Shown here: in pieces, positions 43,391-51,124 of the stretch | Numbering within the stretch: position 1 is the stretch's first letter | How the letters are laid out: every line of letters starts with the position of its first letter | Assembly (NCBI GenBank): GCA_963749495.1 | Contig: CAVVMW010000022.1 | Span: 192,001 to 256,000, forward strand | Direction of reading: 5' to 3' | Source: an uncultured bacterium | GTDB taxonomy: Bacteria; Verrucomicrobiota; Verrucomicrobiia; Limisphaerales; UBA8199 | Length of the DNA: 64,000 nucleotides | The notes under the pieces: generated by a model | Told to the model about the DNA's origin: nothing | Databases searched by the model: none | Seen by the model: the letters and a program-made list of their open reading frames with translations, nothing else | Program-made: the position numbers and the translations under genes

Positions 43391-43604
43391 GGCCTCATTG
43401 AAGGTGGGAGAGTCAGGGGGGCAGCCCCTCACCCCGGCCCTCTCCCCTTCGGAAGGGGAGAGGGAGTTTCTCGGTGGCGCTTTGGGGAAGCGCAGACGCC
43501 TGGAAACTCCCGAGACTGCCGACGCCTCTCCCTCTCCCCTTTGGAAGGGGAGAGGGCCGGGGTGAGGGGTCTGCCCGGCACTCGGTCTCCGCCTTCACCG
43601 AACC
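43391..43604. repeat. REP doublet (CCCTCACCCC family) with GGCCTCATTGAAGG / CCTTCAC ends
   Basis: Inverted pair 43425-43570. Confidence 0.8.
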
Positions 43605-43694
43605 GGTTACAGCACCGGGCATTAATGTCTTTTTAATGCCCTTGGGCACGGATTTAATTACCCAGGTTTGCGCTAACGGGCCAAGGTTTAGCAG

Positions 43695-44774
43695 ATGAAA
43701 ACCGAGAATGCCTGTCCGCTAGAGCAGGTTGCCAGTTGCCGCAACGTGCCGGAGCATCACGAACCGGTGGATGCGAGCAGCGCGCCGTTCCAGCCGGGAG
43801 CGGTGCTGGACGGCCGCTTCTTGATCACGGAGGTCCTCAGCCGCAGCGGCATGGCAACGATTTACAAGGCCCAGGACCAACAGAACGGCTGCCAGTGGGT
43901 CGCAGTCAAAGTGCCGCACCTGGAGTACGAAAGCGACCCCGCCTTCTTTTCCCGTTTCCAGCGCGAGGAGAAAATCGGCCTCGAACTCAACCATCCTTTG
44001 GTCCTCAAGTTCGTCCCAGTCCGGAGCAAAAGCCGGCCTTACATCGTCACCGAGTACTTGAAGGGCTGCACCCTGGAGCACATGCTCAAGGCGATGCGGC
44101 CTTTGCCGGAAAAAGACGCCCTCAAAATCGCCAGCCTGATTTGCGACGCCTTGCAGCACCTCCACGACCACGGCGTCATTCACCGCGACCTCAAACCCCA
44201 GAACGTGATGATCTGCTGCGACGGGACCCTCCGCATCATGGACTTCGGCATCGCGCGGGACGGCACTTCACGGCGCATCACGCAAATGGGCAACACGAAA
44301 TCCATGGGCACGCCCGATTACATGGCCCCGGAGCAAGTCAAGGGCAAGCGCGCCGACCGGCGCACGGACATTTACAACCTGGGCGCGCTCCTCTATGAAA
44401 TGCTCGCCGGCGCTGTTCCTTTCCAGGATGAGAATCCCTGGGCCGCGCTCAATGCCCGGGTCACGGGCAATCCCGTCGCTCCCCGCAAACTCAACCCCGA
44501 CCTCTCGCCCCAGGCCGAGGAAATTGTCCTGCGCGCCCTCCAGCGCGACCCGGCCGCCCGCTACCCGACCGCAGCCGCGATGAAGGCCGAACTGGACACC
44601 GCCGAACACGTCCGGGTCACCGGCCTGGCCGAGCGGCTCCAGCAGCCCGCGGCCTGGAAGCCCGGTCTCTTTCAACGACCCGGGATGCTCAGCGCCGCCC
44701 TGCTGGTCCCATTGGCAATCGGGATTGTCGTCCTGGTGTGGCTGCTCCTTCAGCAGCGCGCTGGCGCACACTAG
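43695..44774 (+). CDS. Ser/Thr protein kinase with C-terminal TM anchor
   Basis: VAVKVP, HRDLKPQN, DFGIA, GTPDYMAPEQ. Confidence 0.95.
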   Translation: MKTENACPLEQVASCRNVPEHHEPVDASSAPFQPGAVLDGRFLITEVLSRSGMATIYKAQDQQNGCQWVAVKVPHLEYESDPAFFSRFQREEKIGLELNHPLVLKFVPVRSKSRPYIVTEYLKGCTLEHMLKAMRPLPEKDALKIASLICDALQHLHDHGVIHRDLKPQNVMICCDGTLRIMDFGIARDGTSRRITQMGNTKSMGTPDYMAPEQVKGKRADRRTDIYNLGALLYEMLAGAVPFQDENPWAALNARVTGNPVAPRKLNPDLSPQAEEIVLRALQRDPAARYPTAAAMKAELDTAEHVRVTGLAERLQQPAAWKPGLFQRPGMLSAALLVPLAIGIVVLVWLLLQQRAGAH

Positions 44775-44789
44775 ATCGAACCACCTCAT

Positions 44790-45051
44790 CCGGCCCAAAG
44801 GGCCGGCAGAGCCTAGCCCAGGGCTGAGGCCGTCAGGCCGATGCCCTGGGTTTGGCCACAGAAGGGGGCCAGGCGCCCTGAAGGGGCGCCAGAGGGTTCT
44901 GACGCCCCTTCAGGGCGCGCGGGCTCTTTGGCGAGCCTTTCCCTTCCCAGAAAAGCGGCAGAGGACTGCCGCAGTCCAAAACGCCTCGCGAGGCAAGGAC
45001 GCGGCAGAGCTCGCGCTAGCGTGTTGGACTGCGGCAGTCCTCTGCCGCTTT
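44790..45051. repeat. Two REP-like palindromic units upstream of the tetR/RAYT site
   Basis: GCGCCCTGAAGGGGCG..CGCCCCTTCAGGGCGC and AAAGCGGCAGAGGACTGCCGCAGTCCAA..TTGGACTGCGGCAGTCCTCTGCCGCTTT. Confidence 0.75.
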
Positions 45052-45100
45052 AGTCATGAAAAAAGAAAGTATTGACGGCGCCTGAACTAAATATTCAATT

Positions 45101-45118
45101 GAATCACACATTTGATTC
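45101..45118. promoter_or_regulatory. Putative TetR operator GAATCA-N6-TGATTC
   Basis: Palindrome immediately before the tetR start; TTGACG at 45072. Confidence 0.6.
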
Positions 45119-45120
45119 GC

Positions 45121-45252
45121 ATGAGCGATCCGAGCGCAAACCCACGGCCTGCCGCCAGCCCGGTCAACCCTGCCGCTGCATCCACCCGGGAAGCATTGCT
45201 GGATGCGGCAGAGCAGTTGTTCGCCACTCGAAAAGAAAAGGGGTCGTTCTAA
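45121..45252 (+). pseudogene. 5' fragment of a TetR-family regulator, cut by the RAYT element
   Basis: Hand translation MSDPSANPRPAASPVNPAAASTREALLDAAEQLFATR, then element sequence and a stop. Confidence 0.75.
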
Positions 45253-46334
45253 AAAGGGGTCGGTTCTCAGTATCGTGAACTAAAAAGGGGTCGGTTCTCA
45301 GTATCGTGAACTTGGTCTTGACAATACCCCGCCGCCGCCCTACGCTGGCGCACGTGGCCAGAAAAATCAGAATCCAATATCCCGGCGCGATCTACCACGT
45401 CATGAACCGTGGTGACCACCGCGAGCCCATCTTTCGCTCCCACAAGGATCGCGAGATGTTCCTGGAAACCCTGGGACAGGCGTGTGAGAAGACTGACTGG
45501 CAGGTCCATGCGTGGTGTTTAATGAGCAACCACTTTCACTTGGCGGTCGAGACGCCCCGGGCCAACCTGGTGCCGGGCATGAAATGGCTCTTGGGCACCT
45601 ACACGATGCGATTCAACCGCCGCCACAAGCTCTTTGGTCATCTGTTCAGCGGCCGTTACAAGGCGCTGCTGGTGGACGGCAGCGGCAGCGGTTATCTCAA
45701 GAGCGTGTGCGATTACATCCACCTGAATCCGGCGCGGGCCAAAGTGCTTTCGGCCAGCCAAAGGCTCTCGGAATTCCGCTGGAGCAGTTACCCGGAGTAT
45801 CTCAAGGACCGCTCGGCGCGGCGGCCTTGGCTGCGCGTGGACCGGTTGCTGGGGGAGCACGGCATCCCCAAAGACAGCCCCGCTGGCCGGCGGCAATTGG
45901 AGTTGCGGATGGAACGACGGCGGGCCGCCGAGGACGGGCAGGAGTTTGCGCCCTTGGAGCGGGGCTGGTGCCTGGGAAGCGAGGCGTTCCGGCAAGACCT
46001 GCTGGCGCAGATGAGCGCGGGGCCAGAGCATTACGGGGAGGAGATTCGCGAATCCGGGGAGGAAAAGGCCAGGCGGCTGCTTGAGGCCGAACTCAAGAAA
46101 CTGGGCTGGGGGAAAGGAGAGCTTGAGCGCCGCAGGAAGGGAGACCCGGAGAAACTCCGGATTGCCACACGTCTGCGGCGGGAGACGACCATGACCCTGG
46201 CCTGGGTCGCGAAGGCGCTGCACATGGGCACCAAAACCCACCTGGTTCACCTCCTCTATTGGCAAGGAAAGGAGAAGAACAACAACCGATGAGTGAATTG
46301 TCAAAACTAAGAACCGACCCTTTTTTTTCTTTTT
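45231..46334 (+). mobile_element. RAYT element with terminal inverted repeats and stuttered left end
   Basis: Left AAAAAGGGGTCGGTTCTCAGTAT; right AAACTAAGAACCGACCCTTTTT; 31-bp end duplicated at 45251 and 45282. Confidence 0.8.
45354..46292 (+). CDS. REP-associated-type tyrosine (Y1, HUH) transposase with C-terminal HTH
   Basis: YHVMNRG, WCLMSNHFHL (HUH), GHLFSGRYK, CDYIHLNP (catalytic Tyr), WSSY; TTGACA-N17-TACGCT promoter. Confidence 0.93.
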   Translation: MARKIRIQYPGAIYHVMNRGDHREPIFRSHKDREMFLETLGQACEKTDWQVHAWCLMSNHFHLAVETPRANLVPGMKWLLGTYTMRFNRRHKLFGHLFSGRYKALLVDGSGSGYLKSVCDYIHLNPARAKVLSASQRLSEFRWSSYPEYLKDRSARRPWLRVDRLLGEHGIPKDSPAGRRQLELRMERRRAAEDGQEFAPLERGWCLGSEAFRQDLLAQMSAGPEHYGEEIRESGEEKARRLLEAELKKLGWGKGELERRRKGDPEKLRIATRLRRETTMTLAWVAKALHMGTKTHLVHLLYWQGKEKNNNR

Positions 46335-47113
46335 CGCACGGCGAGCAAGTCCCGCTGGAGAGCTTCGCCACACTCAAAATCCAGCCTGAATTCGTCACCA
46401 TCCCCCATTACAACCAACTGCGCGCGGTCACCGTGAAGGCCTACGCGCCCTTTGGCGAGTTGCCTTCGCGCGTGCTGGACCGCGCCCGTCCCGGCCTCGC
46501 AGCCATCCGCGTGCCGCCGGGATACAACCTCAGTCTCGCGGGCGAGGACAAGGAATTGCGCAAGAACCGTTCCGAGATGGGGCTGGTCATGGAGGTGTCG
46601 CTGGCCCTGATTATTCTGGCGATGGTCATTCAGTTCAACTCCGTCATGAAGTCGCTCGTTGTCATGGCCACGGTGCCCCTGGGGTTAATCGGCGCGTTGC
46701 TCGGCCTTGCCCTGACCCAATCGCCCCTGGGCTTCATGGGGCTTCTGGGCATTGTCAGCCTCGCGGGCGTCATCGTCAGCCACATCATCGTGCTGAGCGA
46801 TTTCATCGAGGAGGCCCGTGCGACAGGCATGCCGCTCCAGGAGGCCCTGCTCCAGGCCGGGCTGGCCCGTCTCCGGCCGGTGCTGGTGACGGTCCTGGCA
46901 ACGGTCGGCGGGCTCGTTCCATTGTTTCTTACCGGCGGAACGCTGTGGCGCCCGTTGACAGCCGTTCACATCTTCGGCTTGCTGTTGGCCACGGGCCTCA
47001 CCTTGGTCTTGCTGCCGGTCATCTACTACGCGTTCGCGAGTGTCTCAAGCTGCACGGGAGGGACAAAAGAGACAAAAGCGACAAAAGGGACGGGAAGAAC
47101 GGTGTCCGCCTAA
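46334..47113 (+). pseudogene. C-terminal fragment of an AcrB-type RND permease
   Basis: QVPLESFA, PPGYNLSLAGE, QFNS, GIVSLAGVIVSH, RLRPVLVT, LWRPLT; only ~260 aa, starting at the element's right end. Confidence 0.85.
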
Positions 47114-47126
47114 CACAAGGCCCCGC

Positions 47127-47275
47127 GCACTCCGCATTCGTCATTCGTCATTCGTCATTCGTCATTCGTCACTCCCCGCACCGCAATCCAGACCCAACCT
47201 TCCCACTGGAACACTCCGCACTCCGCATTCCGCACTCCGCACTCGGTTCGTTCGTCATTCGTCATTCGTCATTCT
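47127..47275. repeat. Heptamer tandem repeats (TCGTCAT)n and (CACTCCG)n
   Basis: Directly visible between convergent genes. Confidence 0.9.
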
Positions 47276-49187
47276 GCGCTGCGCGCAGCACGCCCACCGT
47301 GACCCCGGAGGCGGCGCCCGAGGCGCGATAGACACGCTGCGTGGCCTTGCGGAAATCCTCGGGCCGGGCCGTGGGGATGTTCACAAAACTCTGCGGGTTG
47401 CGATCCACCAAGGGGAACCATGAACTCTGGACCTGGACCATGACCCGGTGGCCGGAGCGGAAGGTGTGGAAGATGTCGGGCAGCGTGAAGTCCAGGGGCG
47501 TCACCTGGCCCGGCTGGAATGGCTCGGGGTTCTCGAAGCTGTTGCGGAACCGGCCCCGGAGCACGTCGCCCCGGACCAGTTGCTGGCAGCCGCCCAGCTT
47601 CAAGTTGGCGGGATTGGGCTGGGGATCCGGGTAGTCCCCGGGATAGACATCGATGAGCTTGACCACCCAATCCGCGTCGGTGCCGGTGGTCGAGACGCGA
47701 AGCGCGGCCTTGAGCGGGCCGGCCAACGTGAGGTCCTCGGCCAGCGGTTCGGTCTCATAAACCAGGACGTCGGTTCGCGACGCCACGAACCGCTGGTCCT
47801 GGGCAGGGTAGTCGCGCGGGTAGCTCGTCGAGGGCTCGACGGCATAGGGCACAGGCTTGGCGGGGTCGCTCACGTACTCGTCGAAGGCGTCCGCCTCGGG
47901 CGGCGGCTCGAAGCTCAACGAGCCTCGGGCATGGAAATAGAGCGTGCGGGGCGCGACGTTTTTGGGCGGCCAGGCATCGAACCGGCGCCACTGGTCTGTG
48001 CCGGTCTCGAAGACCTGGGCCTTGGCCAGGGGCCAGTTGGTGTCGCCTTTGAGGAAATGCCGGAAGAAGGGCAACTCGATTTTCTCGCGATAAAACTGGC
48101 CGGTCTTTTCGTGAAAACTGACCGGTCCGAGGGTGTCGCCCAGGCCACGGCCCCATTCGCCGTGCGCCCAGGGACCCATCACCAAGAGGTTGGTGATGCC
48201 CGAATTGAGCTGTTGGGTCCAACGATAGGTCTCCAGCGCGCCGAACAGGTCCTCGGCATCGAACCAGCCGCCGACAGTCATGACAGCGCAGTGGACGTTG
48301 CGGAGGTGGGGCCGGATGTTGCGGGCCTGCCACCAGGCATCGTAAGTCGAGTGCATCAGCATGTCGGTCCACATCCGCGACTGGCCCTTGAGGTGGAATG
48401 TGTCCGAATTGGTGAGGGCGCCCATGCGCAGGAAGAAGTCGTAGCCGTCGGGTGTGCCGAATTGGAACTGCCTGACTTCTTCATGGAGCGGGTCCTGGAG
48501 CCGCTGGGAAAACCGGTAAAAAAAACCGAAGTTCTGGGAGAGGAAAAAGGCGCCGTTGTGGTGCGCGTCATCGCCGATGAACCAATCGGTAATCGGGGCC
48601 TGCGGCGAGGCCGCCTTGAGGGCAGGGTGGCTGTCGATCATCCCCATCGAGACATAGAAGCCAGGATACGAGATGCCCAGGAGGCCGGCCTTGCCGTTGT
48701 TGCCGGGGACGTTCTTGACCAGCCACTCGATGGTGTCCCAGGTGTCCGAGCTCTCGTCGGTGTCCTTGGGGCCCTTGTTCGGGTTGTAGGGCCTGACGTG
48801 GACATACTGGCCTTCAGAAGCGAATCGGCCGCGCACGTCCTGCGCGGCGAGGATGAAAGTGTCTTTGGCGAGCGTGTCGAATGACCCCGAGGCGTCATAG
48901 TAGTGGTCCGCGCCATAGGGCTTGACCGAATAGGGGGTGCGCGTGAGCAGGATGGGCCAGGCCTGCGAGGTGTCCTTGGGCACATAGACGCAGGTGAAGA
49001 GACGGACGCCGTCGCGCATGGGGATGCGGTGCTCGTATTTGGTGTAATGCTCGGCCAGCCAACTGGTGTTGGCCTCGACCGCGCCGTCCGCGGCGTCAGG
49101 ACGGCCGGAGGCGAGCGCCAGGAGGACAACCGCGCAGAGCAGGGCGGGGGAGCGCGCTGAGGCGGCATTGGGCGAAGGGTGCGTCAT
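47262..49187 (-). CDS. CocE/NonD family serine hydrolase (alpha-amino acid ester hydrolase / glutaryl-7-ACA acylase-like)
   Basis: IPMRDGVRL, RTPY, QDVRGRFASEG, GISYPG nucleophile, GGWFDAED, GPWAHG. Confidence 0.93.
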   Translation of the reverse strand: MTHPSPNAASARSPALLCAVVLLALASGRPDAADGAVEANTSWLAEHYTKYEHRIPMRDGVRLFTCVYVPKDTSQAWPILLTRTPYSVKPYGADHYYDASGSFDTLAKDTFILAAQDVRGRFASEGQYVHVRPYNPNKGPKDTDESSDTWDTIEWLVKNVPGNNGKAGLLGISYPGFYVSMGMIDSHPALKAASPQAPITDWFIGDDAHHNGAFFLSQNFGFFYRFSQRLQDPLHEEVRQFQFGTPDGYDFFLRMGALTNSDTFHLKGQSRMWTDMLMHSTYDAWWQARNIRPHLRNVHCAVMTVGGWFDAEDLFGALETYRWTQQLNSGITNLLVMGPWAHGEWGRGLGDTLGPVSFHEKTGQFYREKIELPFFRHFLKGDTNWPLAKAQVFETGTDQWRRFDAWPPKNVAPRTLYFHARGSLSFEPPPEADAFDEYVSDPAKPVPYAVEPSTSYPRDYPAQDQRFVASRTDVLVYETEPLAEDLTLAGPLKAALRVSTTGTDADWVVKLIDVYPGDYPDPQPNPANLKLGGCQQLVRGDVLRGRFRNSFENPEPFQPGQVTPLDFTLPDIFHTFRSGHRVMVQVQSSWFPLVDRNPQSFVNIPTARPEDFRKATQRVYRASGAASGVTVGVLRAAQNDE

Positions 49188-50098
49188 AACGGTTCCAGGT
49201 TCTGTTTGAGCTTCTTCCAGGCCGTTATCGAGCGGGCCAGGTGGTCGCGGGCGTTGCCGCCGATGCCGTAGCACTGGAGGCCGATGGGGCCCTTGTAGCC
49301 CAGCTCCTTGAGGGTGCGCAGGAAACGCCCCAGGTCGAACGAGCCTTTGTCCAGGGGCTGGATGTAGTGGTCCCAGCCGGGCTGGCTGTCGAACTCGTCG
49401 GCGCCGTTGATCGAGACCGCCCAGAGCCGCGGCATCGCCTGCTGCAGGAGGGGCTTGTAATCGCGCTGCGCGTCCACCCGCAGCCAGTGGCAGAGATTGA
49501 ACATGGCGCCGACGTTCGGACGGTCCACTTCCTTGGCCACACGCGCGCTGTCCTCGATCCGCTCGACCCAGTTGCCCACGTGCGGGTAGAGGAGCAACTG
49601 CGACCCGGAGTCGGCGGCCAAATCGGACATCTCGCGAAGGACCTCGACCGCGCGCGCGTCGGCGGAGGCATCCGAGGGCTTGGCGCCGCCAATCAACAGA
49701 CAGAACTGCACGTGCCGTCCCTTGACCAGCCCGAGCACGTCTTTGAACCGCGCGTCATAAACCGGCTTGCCCGGCGTCAGGTCCACCGTCATCGTGATTT
49801 GGAACAGCTTGAGCCCCGCCTCATCGAGGGTCTTGATCCGCTCCGCCACGTTGTCCAGCCAGATGTGCCCCACCCCGTCGTAGCCCAGTTCCTTGAGCAT
49901 CTGGGCCTGTTCTTTGAACGAGCGCTTCTTGGCATCGTGCCAATCGATGCAGAAGGGAAAGAAGGCATAGGGCTTCTGGTCGGGGCCTGGCTGGAGCGCC
50001 TCTGACGGGCCTGCGGAGGCCCCGGCTGGGGCGGAGGGGACCAGGCACAAGGAGGAGGCGGCGGCGACTGCGAGCAGAATCGAAGGTGTTTTGTTCAT
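49184..50098 (-). CDS. Secreted sugar-phosphate isomerase/epimerase (xylose-isomerase-like TIM barrel)
   Basis: LYPH, FNLCHWL, VSINGAD, GYKGPIGLQCY. Confidence 0.8.
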   Translation of the reverse strand: MNKTPSILLAVAAASSLCLVPSAPAGASAGPSEALQPGPDQKPYAFFPFCIDWHDAKKRSFKEQAQMLKELGYDGVGHIWLDNVAERIKTLDEAGLKLFQITMTVDLTPGKPVYDARFKDVLGLVKGRHVQFCLLIGGAKPSDASADARAVEVLREMSDLAADSGSQLLLYPHVGNWVERIEDSARVAKEVDRPNVGAMFNLCHWLRVDAQRDYKPLLQQAMPRLWAVSINGADEFDSQPGWDHYIQPLDKGSFDLGRFLRTLKELGYKGPIGLQCYGIGGNARDHLARSITAWKKLKQNLEPL

Positions 50099-50154
50099 AT
50101 ATCCTGCGTATGATGGCCCAGATAGTAGTGGAGCGGACCCGACCAGGAAAGGGA

Positions 50155-50186
50155 AATGACGAATGACGAATGACGAATGACGAATG
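50155..50186. repeat. (AATGACG)4.5 tandem repeat
   Basis: Direct reading. Confidence 0.9.
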
Positions 50187-50286
50187 GAGGCACACCCTCA
50201 TGCCAGGAGCCGTGGTGGACAGGTCTGATGCGCCCGTGGAAGGTCTCGCTGCTTGACCCTCAATTGGCTCCGGGTAGATTGTCCCA

Positions 50287-50940
50287 ATGGCAATGGAAGA
50301 ACGAGTCGTCAACCTGGAAGAAACACTGGCCAGGTTCATCGAGCAGAGCAACGCTATCCTGGCCGCCAATCGCGAGGATATTGCAGCCATCCGGGAAGAG
50401 GTCGCCGAAATCCGCGCTAGCAATGCCCGCACCGACCGGCAGTTGCTGCGGATGCAGCAGCAGGCTGACAAGGCCCGTGAGCAGGCAGACAAGGACCGCA
50501 AGGACTTCAACAAGCGGCTGGCCGAGATCTCCGACAGCATGGGAACGCTCATCGAGGATATGGTCGCGCCTTGCGGTTTCAAGCTGGCTGAGGGGATTTT
50601 TGCTGACCAGCAGGCGCAGACTTGTTCCATTCGCGTCAAGGCCAGGCACCCCGCCAACCCCGGCGAGATGCTCGAACTGGACCTGCTGGCTGTCGGCCCC
50701 ACCAAGGTGCTGGTGGTAGAGGTCAAGCGCCGCATGGATGCAGCCAAGGCGGACGAGTATCGTCAGAAACTCCAGCGGTTGCCCGAGTTTCTCCCCACCC
50801 TGGCCGGCAAGGCCATCTGCGCCGCTGTGGCCAGCGTCTATCTGGAGCCGTTGGTGATTGCATTCTTGAACCGCCAGAAGCTCTACGGCATCGCCATGGG
50901 CGACGAGGTCATGGAAGTCAAGAACCTCGGGCAGTTCTAA
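50287..50940 (+). CDS. Coiled-coil + PD-(D/E)XK nuclease-like protein (DUF3782-like)
   Basis: Coiled N-half; MGTLIEDMVAP; ELDLLAV...VVEVKRR. Confidence 0.75.
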   Translation: MAMEERVVNLEETLARFIEQSNAILAANREDIAAIREEVAEIRASNARTDRQLLRMQQQADKAREQADKDRKDFNKRLAEISDSMGTLIEDMVAPCGFKLAEGIFADQQAQTCSIRVKARHPANPGEMLELDLLAVGPTKVLVVEVKRRMDAAKADEYRQKLQRLPEFLPTLAGKAICAAVASVYLEPLVIAFLNRQKLYGIAMGDEVMEVKNLGQF

Positions 50941-51033
50941 GCCGCCGGGCGGTTGTGGCGTTCCTGATGGCAGTATCAGGATGACCCCAGGAGGGGACAG
51001 AAGGGACAAAAGGGACCAAAGGGACGCGGCACC

Positions 51034-51080
51034 TCGTCATTCGTCATTCGTCATTCGTCATTCGTCATTTATCATTCGTC
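51034..51080. repeat. (TCGTCAT)5-6 tandem repeat
   Basis: Reverse complement of the 50155 array. Confidence 0.9.
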
Positions 51081-51124
51081 TCTTTCATTGCACTCCGGGC
51101 GTGGAGGCGCCATTGGTAAGAGAT

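Noticed and set aside
45251..45312. 31-bp direct repeat as a CRISPR array
   Set aside because: Copies are adjacent with no spacers, and they match the element's inverted end. No cas genes in the window.
46259..46333. RND fragment as an expressed gene starting at 46259 or 46289
   Set aside because: That N-terminus is read through the transposase end and TIR; the product would lack most of the permease.
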